DNA of 64,000 nt. Origin: Patescibacteria group bacterium. GTDB taxonomy: Bacteria > Patescibacteriota > Patescibacteriia > Patescibacteriales > UBA12465. The notes below the pieces were generated by a model, which searched no databases, was not told where the DNA came from, and was given only the letters and a program-made list of their open reading frames with translations. A program made the position numbers and the translations under genes. Where the stretch lies: NCBI GenBank assembly GCA_050949505.1, contig JBMNFV010000001.1:158284-222283 (forward strand). Direction: 5' to 3'. Each line of letters starts with the position of its first letter. Within the stretch, counting starts at the first letter, position 1. This document shows, one piece after another, positions 1-9,493 of this stretch.

Positions 1-1045
1 AAAATAATAAGTAAAAGATAATTAAACCAAGTAGTAGAGAGAGGGGGTAGTTAGTAGTTTTTAATTTATTTATTTTAGTTAAAATAGTTTGGCCAACAAA
101 AATAGCAAGTACCAGTTTCCCTAACAACAGAATGATAACCCAAAGAGCTAAAATAGTTAGGGATAAATAAATACCTATCAGGGTAAAGGCGGAAACAAGA
201 GAAATTAAAGGAAGGACTAATAAAATAATTAGACCAGGTAAAATTGCTTTAGATGATTTAGTCTCTAAAGTCTTTAGAATAACAGGCAGCCTCTTTCTGC
301 TAAAGATAATAAAAATTAAGCCAAGGAGAAGTAGATTTAAACTCAAATAAACATTAAAGGGGTGGTAAAAAAAGGAAAGTATTTTCCCTGACTTAGCTTG
401 AGTGAGGTTTTTTTGAAGTTCACCAGCGATTAGCACATTTTCCGGCAAGAGAATTTCTTGAGAGGCTTGATATTTAAAATCGCCGTCAATAGTTAGATTC
501 TCAAGAGAGACCAAGGACTCAGACTGTCTAGTGGAAGAGACCTTAAGGTCAAGGTCGCGGCCAATTTGACCTGATAATTGTCCGGCCCCTAATCTAGCGG
601 CTAAAGAGCCCTCAATATTTCCAACTGATTGAAGCTCTTGTCCAGAGAAATAAAGATCCCAGGCAATATTACTAGCCTCACCTAAGGTTAACTGATCAGC
701 TAGGATGGTAGCATTCCGAGCAATATTTCCATTGATAGTAATTTCTCCGCCAACAGCTCTAAAATTTCCTCCAAGTTGACCAGAGAAATTAATCTCAGAG
801 CTAATAACTAACAGGTCTCCAGCAATTTGACCAGTAACGGTGACTTGCTTGGCAATAACAACTAAGTCGCCACTAACAGAGCCATCAATAGTGACCTGGT
901 TAGCTAATAGGTAGAGATTGGTATCAATAATTTCTTCAGCCGAGATATAAACCGTATCGTTAATATTACCCTTAGCCTGAGTGGCGGCTAGGGGGACAAG
1001 CAAAAGCAGGGAGAAGATCAGAACCTTTAGATAGTTATTAAACAT
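1..1045 (-). CDS. Exported beta-helical repeat (bactofilin-like / polymer-forming family) protein with a C-terminal multi-TM region. It is partial and runs off the window edge.
   Basis: My own translation from ATG at 1045-1043 (minus strand). It starts MFNNYLKVLIFSLLLLVPLAATQA (signal-like). Degenerate repeats follow: NQVTIDGSVSGDLVVIAKQVTVTGQIAGDLLVISSEINFSGQLGGNFRAVGGEITINGNIARNATILADQLTLG. Hydrophobic segments come next (LLLLGLIFIIF, ILPGLIILLVLPLISLV). I saw no stop down to position 1. Not in the ORF track, presumably because no stop lies in the window. Confidence 0.55.
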   Translation of the reverse strand, partial: MFNNYLKVLIFSLLLLVPLAATQAKGNINDTVYISAEEIIDTNLYLLANQVTIDGSVSGDLVVIAKQVTVTGQIAGDLLVISSEINFSGQLGGNFRAVGGEITINGNIARNATILADQLTLGEASNIAWDLYFSGQELQSVGNIEGSLAARLGAGQLSGQIGRDLDLKVSSTRQSESLVSLENLTIDGDFKYQASQEILLPENVLIAGELQKNLTQAKSGKILSFFYHPFNVYLSLNLLLLGLIFIIFSRKRLPVILKTLETKSSKAILPGLIILLVLPLISLVSAFTLIGIYLSLTILALWVIILLLGKLVLAIFVGQTILTKINKLKTTNYPLSLLLGLIIFYLLF

Positions 1046-1168
1046 ATTAATTTTAATAATAAGTTAGTAATTGTTCCTAAGTTGCTATTATTATAGCAAA
1101 AAAATAGTAGCCAAGCAATTGTTAATTCATTAGTCAGTTAAGCGAAAAGCTAGGATTAATAAGGTTTT

Positions 1169-1197
1169 TTGACAAAATAGCCAGGCTAAACTAAGAT
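1169..1197 (+). promoter_or_regulatory. Sigma70-type promoter upstream of glyA
   Basis: TTGACA (1169-1174), 17 nt spacer, TAAGAT (1192-1197). Confidence 0.45.
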
Positions 1198-1263
1198 GAA
1201 AGAGTGGAGATTTTTAAGTATGAGGAATTTCTAGTTAGCTTTAAAATTAAGTCATTTTAATCT

Positions 1264-2508
1264 ATGAATTATACGTCTTTATCAGTCCAGGATCCAGCCG
1301 TTTGGAAGATTGTTCAGCAAGAGACTAAGCGCCAAAACGAAGAGCTAGAATTAATCGCTTCTGAGAATTATGTTAGCCCAGCAGTCCTAGAGGCGATGGC
1401 GACAGTGTTAACTAATAAATATAGCGAAGGTTATAGTGGTAAGCGGTATTATGGCGGCAATTTTAATATTGATGAGGTGGAAACGTTGGCGATTGACCGA
1501 GCTAAGCAATTATTTCAAGCAGAGCATGTTAATGTCCAACCTCTATCCGGCTCACCAGCCAATGCCGCAGTTTATTTAGCCTTTTTAAATCCTGGTGATA
1601 AAGTGTTAGGTTTAAAATTAGACCACGGGGGACACCTTTCTCACGGACATCAGGTTAATTTCTCGGGACGCTTGTATAATTTTATTCAATATGGGGTTAA
1701 TCCAGACACAGGCTTAATTGACCTAGAGGAAGTGAGAAGAATTGCTTTAAAAGAAAGGCCAAAGATGATCGTAGCCGGCTTCTCAGCCTATTCCCGAGAG
1801 ATAGATTGGCAAGGCTTTCAAGATATAGCTGATGAAATTGGTGCCTATACTTTTGCAGACATCGCGCACATTGCTGGGTTAATTGTTGCCAAGCAATTAA
1901 CTAATCCAGTTCCGATTTTTGATGTGGTCTCCACCACCACTCACAAAACTTTACGAGGACCGCGAGGAGCAATTATTATGTGCAAAGAAAAATATGCTAA
2001 GCAGGTTGATCGAGCAGTTTTTCCCGGCATGCAGGGTGGCCCCCATGACCATATTACAGCCGCTAAAGCTGTCGCCTTCCAAGAGGCCCTCCGGCCAGAG
2101 TTTGAAGAATATGGTCGTCAGGTAATCAGAAACGCTCAAGCCCTAGCTCAGGCTCTAATAGATCGAGGTTATCAAATAGTCTCAGGAGGAACGGATAATC
2201 ATTTATTAGTAGTAGATTTAAGAAATAAAGGAATCACTGGAAAAGAGGCGGAAAAAGTACTGGAACAAATTGGCATCTCTGTTTCTCGCTCAACTATTCC
2301 CAACGACTCTAACCCGCCCCTAAATCCGTCTGGGCTACGGCTAGGAACAGCGGCAGTCACCACTAGAGGGATGAAGGAGAAAGAAATGCTACTAATCGCT
2401 CAATATATTGACGAGGCGTTGCTAAACAAAGATGACTTAGATAAGTTAGCAACGCTACGCTATTTAGTAAAAGAGATTTGTCAAAATTTTAAATTACCCA
2501 CCACTTAA
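1264..2508 (+). CDS. glyA: Serine hydroxymethyltransferase
   Basis: 414 aa, full length. SHMT blocks present: ELIASENY, YSEGYSGKRYYGG and PLP-lysine context TTTHKTLRGPRG. Confidence 0.95.
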   Translation: MNYTSLSVQDPAVWKIVQQETKRQNEELELIASENYVSPAVLEAMATVLTNKYSEGYSGKRYYGGNFNIDEVETLAIDRAKQLFQAEHVNVQPLSGSPANAAVYLAFLNPGDKVLGLKLDHGGHLSHGHQVNFSGRLYNFIQYGVNPDTGLIDLEEVRRIALKERPKMIVAGFSAYSREIDWQGFQDIADEIGAYTFADIAHIAGLIVAKQLTNPVPIFDVVSTTTHKTLRGPRGAIIMCKEKYAKQVDRAVFPGMQGGPHDHITAAKAVAFQEALRPEFEEYGRQVIRNAQALAQALIDRGYQIVSGGTDNHLLVVDLRNKGITGKEAEKVLEQIGISVSRSTIPNDSNPPLNPSGLRLGTAAVTTRGMKEKEMLLIAQYIDEALLNKDDLDKLATLRYLVKEICQNFKLPTT

Positions 2509-2518
2509 TTTAAATAAT

Positions 2519-3319
2519 ATGGTAGAAAAAATTGCTGGCAAAAAAATTGCCGAACGAGTTAAAGATGAGATTGCTTTAAATATCTATAAACTAAAAGGTG
2601 ACCGACCTAGTTTAGCAGTTATTTTAGTTGGCGATAGAGAGGACTCGCAACTTTATGTCGGAATTAAAGAGAGAGAGGCGGTTAAGGTGGGGATAGATAC
2701 TCACCTTTATAGACTAGCCCAAACCACTACAGAAGCGGAGTTAATTGAAATAATAGAATTTTTAAATCAAGACGACAAGGTAGATGGTATTTTAATTCAG
2801 CTACCCCTTCCTGACCACCTAGATACTGATAAAATTATTAGCAAACTAAATCCAGAAAAAGATGTTGATGGCTTTCACCCGCATTGCCCTAACTATCTTA
2901 GTTCGCCAGTAGTGCAGGCGGTTAAGGCTAGTCTGGCCGAGATTAACTTAGATTGTTTTAATAAAACGGCCTGCTTGTTCTGTAATTCCGAAGCCTTCGG
3001 CAGAACCATGAAAACCTCTTTAATCAAGCAAGGCTTAACTATAGTTCCTGAGGACCAGTCAGAAAAGGCTGATATTTTAATTAGCGCCCTAGGAGTGCCG
3101 GAGTCAGTAACGGGGAAAGTAATAAAAGCGGGGGCAGTTTTGATAGATATTGGCACCACCAAGGTTGAGGGGGTAGTTAAGGGAGATATTAATTTTGAGT
3201 CAGTAAAAGATAAGGCCGCTTATTTAACTCCAGTTCCTGGAGGAATAGGGCCAATGACTATTGCCTTTTTGTTCAAAAATGTTTGGGAGATATTTAAACG
3301 AAAAAACAAACTAAGTTAA
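2519..3319 (+). CDS. folD: Bifunctional methylenetetrahydrofolate dehydrogenase/cyclohydrolase
   Basis: 266 aa. Motifs: LAVILVGDREDSQLYV, DGILIQLPLP, TPVPGGIGPMTIA. Follows glyA. Confidence 0.9.
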   Translation: MVEKIAGKKIAERVKDEIALNIYKLKGDRPSLAVILVGDREDSQLYVGIKEREAVKVGIDTHLYRLAQTTTEAELIEIIEFLNQDDKVDGILIQLPLPDHLDTDKIISKLNPEKDVDGFHPHCPNYLSSPVVQAVKASLAEINLDCFNKTACLFCNSEAFGRTMKTSLIKQGLTIVPEDQSEKADILISALGVPESVTGKVIKAGAVLIDIGTTKVEGVVKGDINFESVKDKAAYLTPVPGGIGPMTIAFLFKNVWEIFKRKNKLS

Positions 3320-5103
3320 TGATTGCTAAGCAAAAACAACAATTAAAAGAATTACTTAAGATCCATTTCCATTATGGGTCTTTTCGTCCAGGGCAAGAGT
3401 TAGCGATGGATAGTATTTTACAGGGGAAAAACACCTTAGTAGTTCTTCCAACCGGAGGGGGTAAGTCTTTAATTTATCAGCTGCCGGCCTTGGTGCTAGA
3501 AGGAGTGGCGATTGTTATCTCTCCACTAATTGCTCTAATGAAGGATCAGGTTGACTCTTTAGAGGCGGTAGGTATCCCTGCTACTTTTATTAACTCCTCT
3601 ATTTCTAGCACGGAAGCAAGCAGAAGGTTAGAAAGTTTAAAAAAGGGAGAGTATAAGATTATTTATATTGCTCCAGAAAGATTTTACAACCAGCAATTTG
3701 TTAATGACCTTAAGAAAATAAAAGTTTCCCTATTTGCGGTAGATGAGGCGCACTGCGTTAGTCAGTGGGGGCATGATTTTCGTCCCAGTTATTTACGATT
3801 AAAAGAGGCTATAAAACTAGTAGGTTCACCGGTTGTGGTAGCTTTAACGGCGACGGCCACTCCGGAGGTGCGTGAGGATATTATCAAACAATTAGGCTTA
3901 ATAGAACCAACAGTAGTGATTACTGGCTTTTCTCGGCCTAATTTACAGTTTGCAGTTATTCCCGCCAATGGCTTGCAAAAGATAAATAACATTGCTGACT
4001 TTTTAGCCACTAATCCAGAAATTGGCTCAGGAATTATTTATGTCGGAACACGTAATAAGGCAGACGAGTTAGTTGAGGTTTTAACTGAACAAGGAGTTAA
4101 GGCAGTTGTTTATCACGCTGGTCTAGATGCGGAGAGCAGGGACTGGGTGCAAAAAAGCTTTATGGACGGAGAGGCTCAGGTGGTAGTGGCCACTAATGCC
4201 TTTGGCTTAGGAATTAATAAAAAAGATGTTCGTTTTGTTATTCATCATGACCTTCCTGGAACAATTGAAGCCTATTATCAAGAAGCGGGCCGAGCAGGCC
4301 GAGACGGCTTGCCAAGCTTTTGCTTATTATTTTACCACCAACAAGACAGGTATCTAAGGGAGTTCTTTATTAAAGGCGATAACCCAGAGCCACAAATTAT
4401 TGCCGAGGTCTATGATTATTTGATAAATAAAGTTAGCTTGGAAATAGACACCGAGTCCTCAATATTAGTTACCTATGCTGAAATTGCACAAAGTTTATCT
4501 GAAAATATCCCCGAGATGACAATTGGAACAGCACTAAAAATTTTAGAAAGAGAGGGCTATATTTCTCGGCCTAAAGAAAAGACTAGTCATGCTTATCTTA
4601 AAATAAAGAAAGATTGGGCTGAGTTAATGAGCTCAATTAGTCCTCGGGCCAAGGTACAGCAAGAGATAGCCGAGAAGTTAGAGGAAAAGTATTTAGCCAA
4701 ACTACAAGCAGGCTGGGAATTTAATGCGGAAGAGGTAGCGGTAGTATTAAAGGTAAAAAAAGAATCATTATTACGAGTGATTAAGAAATTTGCCGAGCAG
4801 GAATTGTTAGATTATCGGCCTCCGTTTAGAGGAACCGAGATTAGGGTTTTGCGAATAGTGGAACCGGGTGATCTAGATTTAGATTTTAAAGCTTTAAAAC
4901 TTAAAGCTAATCGAGCCTATGAAAAACTTGATGAGATGGAGGGCTATGTTCATACCTTAAGCTGTCGTCAGGAATACATTCTTAAGTATTTTGGTGATTT
5001 AGATTTTAAGCTTTGTGGGCAATGTGATACTTGCTTAAAGTTAGCCGCTAATCGGCGTCAAGGAAAAAAAGACTACCGAGACAGGGAATATTTAAGTTAT
5101 TAG
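3319..5103 (+). CDS. recQ: ATP-dependent DNA helicase RecQ
   Basis: 594 aa. Motifs: PTGGGKS, DEAHCVSQWGHDFRPSY, LTATATP, and Zn-binding CRQ..CGQCDTC near the C-terminus. Start overlaps the folD stop. Confidence 0.9.
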   Translation: MIAKQKQQLKELLKIHFHYGSFRPGQELAMDSILQGKNTLVVLPTGGGKSLIYQLPALVLEGVAIVISPLIALMKDQVDSLEAVGIPATFINSSISSTEASRRLESLKKGEYKIIYIAPERFYNQQFVNDLKKIKVSLFAVDEAHCVSQWGHDFRPSYLRLKEAIKLVGSPVVVALTATATPEVREDIIKQLGLIEPTVVITGFSRPNLQFAVIPANGLQKINNIADFLATNPEIGSGIIYVGTRNKADELVEVLTEQGVKAVVYHAGLDAESRDWVQKSFMDGEAQVVVATNAFGLGINKKDVRFVIHHDLPGTIEAYYQEAGRAGRDGLPSFCLLFYHQQDRYLREFFIKGDNPEPQIIAEVYDYLINKVSLEIDTESSILVTYAEIAQSLSENIPEMTIGTALKILEREGYISRPKEKTSHAYLKIKKDWAELMSSISPRAKVQQEIAEKLEEKYLAKLQAGWEFNAEEVAVVLKVKKESLLRVIKKFAEQELLDYRPPFRGTEIRVLRIVEPGDLDLDFKALKLKANRAYEKLDEMEGYVHTLSCRQEYILKYFGDLDFKLCGQCDTCLKLAANRRQGKKDYRDREYLSY

Positions 5104-5106
5104 TTG

Positions 5107-6219
5107 TTATAAGGATTTAAAATTGTTAATTGCTTTTCTTATTTTATCAATAAATACCTCAACTCCAAATTCTTGAGCTCTAGCTAGGCAATTAGCTTGA
5201 TACTTTAATGGCTGAATGTTTAAATCGTCAGTCATTTTTTGTATCTCAATAGCTAATTTTTCAGGAGTTATTTCCGTAATTAGTACGCCAGTCTTTTTGG
5301 TGACACTTTCTTGGTAGCCCCCTTCGTTGGGGGCAATGACTGGCTTACCAGCGGCCATGGCTTCAAGCACAGTCATACCAAAGTCCTCATTTTCAGCGGT
5401 AGTGATAAAGCCTTTGCAGCCAGCATACAATTCAGCTAATTTTTGACTATCGGCCCAGTGAATAATCTCTACATTGGGAGGCTTAATTTTTTCCAAATAG
5501 GCTTTATAGCCCTCAAACTGTTTAACGCCCGGCTCATAACTGCCAACAATTATTAATTTCTCTTTTGGTAAACTGCTAAATGCTTTAAGTTGCAAATCAA
5601 TACGCTTATGAGTGATTAAACGATTAACGGATAGCCAGTAATTATTTGTCTCTAGTTTTGGGTAGTGATTAGCTTTAATTGGCGGATAGATTATTTCGGC
5701 GACTTGGTTATAATATTTTTTAATTCGGTTTTGGGTATTCTGAGAATTGCAAATCCAAATATCTACGTGCTTAGCATATTTTAAAGTTAAGCGACGATTG
5801 AAGGCTACCCACTTGTCATAAGGTGATATTTTCCAGCGACTTAAAACATTCTTTTTTATAAAATCCTTAAATTCCCAGAGTTCATTTAGGGGGCTATGAG
5901 CATACCATAAGTTAGGATGATTATTAACCGCTCCAGACATGGCCCAGTCACCAGCGATAATAAAGAAATCATATTGGCCAGATAGCTTAAGGCGACGAAA
6001 TTTCCAGAAAGCCAACTGTTGCCTAAACGGAGCCATTTTGGGAATGCGTCCTAGGCTTTTAATGCGAGGCAAGACTTCAGCAAAGCCCATCGCCTTAATA
6101 CTACTAGGCCTGATATTGGTAGTATAAATATCCGCATTAAGCTCTTGAGCTAAAGTTAAGGTAACAATTTCAGCGCCGCCAATATTATCTAAATAATTAT
6201 GAAAGATAGCAATTCTCAT
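5107..6219 (-). CDS. Glycosyltransferase, GT4 (GT-B fold)
   Basis: 370 aa. C-terminal E-x7-E region EDFGMTVLEAMAAGKPVIA is typical of GT4 enzymes. Confidence 0.8.
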   Translation of the reverse strand: MRIAIFHNYLDNIGGAEIVTLTLAQELNADIYTTNIRPSSIKAMGFAEVLPRIKSLGRIPKMAPFRQQLAFWKFRRLKLSGQYDFFIIAGDWAMSGAVNNHPNLWYAHSPLNELWEFKDFIKKNVLSRWKISPYDKWVAFNRRLTLKYAKHVDIWICNSQNTQNRIKKYYNQVAEIIYPPIKANHYPKLETNNYWLSVNRLITHKRIDLQLKAFSSLPKEKLIIVGSYEPGVKQFEGYKAYLEKIKPPNVEIIHWADSQKLAELYAGCKGFITTAENEDFGMTVLEAMAAGKPVIAPNEGGYQESVTKKTGVLITEITPEKLAIEIQKMTDDLNIQPLKYQANCLARAQEFGVEVFIDKIRKAINNFKSL

Positions 6220-7376
6220 CGGTTTTTTATTCCTAAAATACTAAACATAAAGGCCGAAAAAATAGTCTGTAAGCCAACCACCATCAAGCTAAGCATTAAG
6301 ATGGACTCTTTCTCTTTAGACAAAGAGTCTAGGCCTGAAGCTAGCCAGTGATAAAAAATGGTGGAATAAAAGACTAGACCAATAATGGTAATTATTACCC
6401 CTAGTAATAATACTCGGGTAATTGTAATTTGTTTGAACATTTTTTCAATTAACTGATGAGAATCCCCTAAGTGAGTGATGGCATAAACTTTAGAAAATCC
6501 TCCAAAAATCATTAATTGGTAGCCTAAAATAATCATCAGAGAAAATAAAAACATGGGGTGAAAATATAATTGAATTCCAAAAATAATGGGCGTGTGGAAA
6601 TAGAAAATAATATTTAATATTAAGCCTAGAGAAAAAATAATTGCTCCAGGAATGAAAAATAAAATCAGTGGTGAGTAAAGAAGGATAAAACGAAGGTGGC
6701 GCCAACCATCAGTAAAAGATTGCAGCTTTGAGTCGCCTAGGCGCTCGCGGTATTTTATAGGAATCTCAGTGATTGCTAGATTTTCTTTAGCTGCTCTAAT
6801 AATCATTTCTGAGGCAAACTCCATTCCCCCAGTATATAGTTTTAAATTTTTTAGAACATCAGCCCGTAAAGCCCGAGCGCCGCAATGAATATCTTTTATT
6901 TTTATATTAAAAAATTTTCTAACTAAGCCTGACAAGAGGGGATTTCCCAGGTAGCGGTGCAGCCAAGGCATTTCTTTTTGAGAGATTTGGTGAGAGAAAC
7001 GATTGCCAACTACCAAGTCTGCCCCAGATTCTAGCTCCCGGATAAATCTAGGTAGGTCATGAAAATTATAACTACCATCTGCATCAGCCATAAAAATATA
7101 TTCTCCCCTAGCTTCGTCCAGACCTCGTAAATAAGCGTGTCCATAACCTTCACGACTTTCCTGAACTAACCTTAATTCAGGAAGGGTTGATTGCCAATCT
7201 CTAACTACTTCAGCACTGCGATCGGTAGAGTTGTTATCAACTACAATAATTTCCGCTAATAATTGATGGTCATTAATAACTTGCTTTATTTCTGATAAGC
7301 AAAAGGCAACTCCAGCCTCTTCATTGCGACAAGGTAAGATAATGCTAATTAGTTTTTTATTATTCATGTGGCTCAA
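6216..7376 (-). CDS. GT2 glycosyltransferase fused to a C-terminal 4-TM module (polyprenyl-phosphate sugar synthase type, GtrB/ArnC-like)
   Basis: GT-A motifs ISIILPCRNEE, VVDNNSTDRS, ADADGSY. The C-terminal third is hydrophobic. 4-nt overlap with the downstream GT4 gene. Confidence 0.75.
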   Translation of the reverse strand: MSHMNNKKLISIILPCRNEEAGVAFCLSEIKQVINDHQLLAEIIVVDNNSTDRSAEVVRDWQSTLPELRLVQESREGYGHAYLRGLDEARGEYIFMADADGSYNFHDLPRFIRELESGADLVVGNRFSHQISQKEMPWLHRYLGNPLLSGLVRKFFNIKIKDIHCGARALRADVLKNLKLYTGGMEFASEMIIRAAKENLAITEIPIKYRERLGDSKLQSFTDGWRHLRFILLYSPLILFFIPGAIIFSLGLILNIIFYFHTPIIFGIQLYFHPMFLFSLMIILGYQLMIFGGFSKVYAITHLGDSHQLIEKMFKQITITRVLLLGVIITIIGLVFYSTIFYHWLASGLDSLSKEKESILMLSLMVVGLQTIFSAFMFSILGIKNR

Positions 7377-9129
7377 ATTTATATAAATAAATATTCTCTG
7401 AACTTTTTCCTAAGGAGGCAAAGTTTTGGCAAGCAAAGAAGGGGGAATAGACATAGTCTATTTTATACTGGAGAGCTAAATTTATCTTTTCTTCACAAGA
7501 AGCTAGAAAGAAATGCTCAAAGTCTAGGTAATTATTGGTAAAAAATGAAGGCTTGCTTTGCAGGGGATAGTTTGTGGTAAGCGCTCCAATTGCTAGCCCT
7601 TTCCAAGGAGGGGCAATAAATCTTTGTTGATCAAGGCTAGAAAATAGGTTCAGGTCAGAAGGGTTAAGATAGATAGTGGCTGGAGGATTAGGAGTCATTT
7701 TTTGACCATTAGCCATCGTTAAATAAAACTTATCCCAAACATTAAAGTTAGTATAGAAAACCGATAATAGTGTAAATAGACCTAAACAGGCAATGATTAA
7801 TAAATGTTCAGGCCAGCGCTGATAGTTTATTAAAGCTAGCAGTTTATCAAGAGTAAAGCCAGAAATAATAACTAGGAGTAGGGAAACAATGATAACTACA
7901 CGCTCTGGACTAATAATTAACACCTGTCCAGAATAGCTATAATATGACCATAGGACTAGTCCTCCAACTAGAGGAAGCCAAAGGGTAAGTAAGTTTTTTC
8001 TCAAAGCCCCCTTGATTCCTAAAACGATAGCTAATAAAGAGGCAATCGGCACTACTCGCCAAATTGGATAAGAAACTATCCCGGGGTCTAAGTATTCTCG
8101 CCAAATAGAGTTTCTTAAAAAGTTAATCATCTCAGAAAGAGATAGATTTTGAAAATAGAAAATCAACCAAGTGGCTAAGAGGCTAGCGATCAAAAAGGAG
8201 GCACTAAATAGGATTGTTGGCCAAGAGATTTTTTTATTGATAATAAAATAAGCTAAGGCACTAAGAGCAACAAAAACAATTAAAGGAGGATACATTAAAA
8301 TTGTTAAAAAAGAAAATAGAATAAATAAGTCTACTCTTTTTAAACTTAGTGACGAAAGGGCGGGGATAAAAAATAATAAACCACCACTAAAAGGGAGCAG
8401 GGTCCATAGTCCGGGCAGATTGCCACTATTAGCGATAAAAGGAAGGCTAAGAGTAGCAATTAGGGCGGGCAGTAAATTCACCTTATTAATCCGTAAAAAA
8501 ATAAAAGAATTAAGGCAAATTAAAGTGCTAAAAATAATTAATAAAATAGAGTAGCTATTTGATATAGGCAAGTTAAATAGTAGGGTTAGTTCAGCTAATA
8601 AGGAAAAGAAAATTAAAAGAGGGTTCTGATAATGAGAGTAATCATTCCCAGGCGCTAGAGGGTTGCCACTAATTAGGGACTGGGTATCAATGGTTTTTTT
8701 AACAATTGCGGTGCCAACCCACTCATCAGAAAAGTAGGGATAGGGCATTTTTTTGTTAATCACCAATTGTTGTCCAGTGATAGTGGAAATAGTTCCAGTG
8801 TAATTGTAATGAACTGACCAAAACTCAAAAGCAATAATCAAAAAAGCTAGTGAGACTAAAACTAATAAAGGATTTAAAATCTTTTTATAACTTAGTCTTT
8901 TTCTATTAACTAATAGTAGTATTAGGGTTAAAGCAATTAAAACGCTATGTCCGAGAAAAATGGTTAGCCAGGAAAAAGAGCCAGTTAGCTGGCTTAACAG
9001 AGCTAAGGAAATTTGATATAAAAAAGATAAGCCTAAAATGCTTAAAAAACCCAAGTAATGATTTTTAAAAATAAAAATCAAAGAAAAGGGAGCTAAAAAC
9101 AAAACTATTCCAAGCAAAGAGATAGGCAT
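7360..9129 (-). CDS. Large polytopic membrane protein, possibly a GT-C-type glycosyltransferase (function not established)
   Basis: 589 aa, hydrophobic almost throughout with more than 10 predicted TM segments. Its 3' end overlaps the start of the GT2 gene by 17 nt. Confidence 0.55.
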   Translation of the reverse strand: MPISLLGIVLFLAPFSLIFIFKNHYLGFLSILGLSFLYQISLALLSQLTGSFSWLTIFLGHSVLIALTLILLLVNRKRLSYKKILNPLLVLVSLAFLIIAFEFWSVHYNYTGTISTITGQQLVINKKMPYPYFSDEWVGTAIVKKTIDTQSLISGNPLAPGNDYSHYQNPLLIFFSLLAELTLLFNLPISNSYSILLIIFSTLICLNSFIFLRINKVNLLPALIATLSLPFIANSGNLPGLWTLLPFSGGLLFFIPALSSLSLKRVDLFILFSFLTILMYPPLIVFVALSALAYFIINKKISWPTILFSASFLIASLLATWLIFYFQNLSLSEMINFLRNSIWREYLDPGIVSYPIWRVVPIASLLAIVLGIKGALRKNLLTLWLPLVGGLVLWSYYSYSGQVLIISPERVVIIVSLLLVIISGFTLDKLLALINYQRWPEHLLIIACLGLFTLLSVFYTNFNVWDKFYLTMANGQKMTPNPPATIYLNPSDLNLFSSLDQQRFIAPPWKGLAIGALTTNYPLQSKPSFFTNNYLDFEHFFLASCEEKINLALQYKIDYVYSPFFACQNFASLGKSSENIYLYKFEPHE

Positions 9130-9185
9130 GAGAAAAGATAATTTATATAATTATCATAGTGTTTTTTGGCTAAACTTTCAAGAGC

Positions 9186-9215
9186 TTGACACCGGGTAGG
9201 GGTATAGGGCATAAT
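9186..9215 (+). promoter_or_regulatory. Promoter of the csoR-like/trx pair, with a G-tract candidate operator in the spacer
   Basis: TTGACA (9186-9191), 18 nt spacer CCGGGTAGGGGTATAGGG, CATAAT (9210-9215). The spacer carries three G-runs including TAGGGGTA. Confidence 0.45.
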
Positions 9216-9238
9216 GAGAATTGTTTTAAAATATATCT

Positions 9239-9481
9239 ATGAAAAACCGAGAACGAAGAATTAATATAATTATTGGACAGTTAGAGGGAGTGAAAAAAAG
9301 ATTGGTTAGTGAAGACTTTGATTGTCTAGAGCTAATTAATCAGCTAAAGGCAGTTAGGTCAGGAGTTGGCTCTTTAATGGAAGAAATGGTTAGTTATGAA
9401 TTAGATGATTGCTTGGCTAAGAACAAGACAGAGAGACGAACGGAGTTAAGAAAATTTATTAAAGAAATAATAAAAAATTAA
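9239..9481 (+). CDS. CsoR/RcnR-family (DUF156) transcriptional repressor
   Basis: 80 aa. N-terminal RINIIIGQLEGVKKRL helix is typical of the family. Cys29 and Cys58 occupy the ligand positions, with Glu54 where CsoR has His. Confidence 0.75.
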   Translation: MKNRERRINIIIGQLEGVKKRLVSEDFDCLELINQLKAVRSGVGSLMEEMVSYELDDCLAKNKTERRTELRKFIKEIIKN

Positions 9482-9493
9482 TTAAATAATTTT

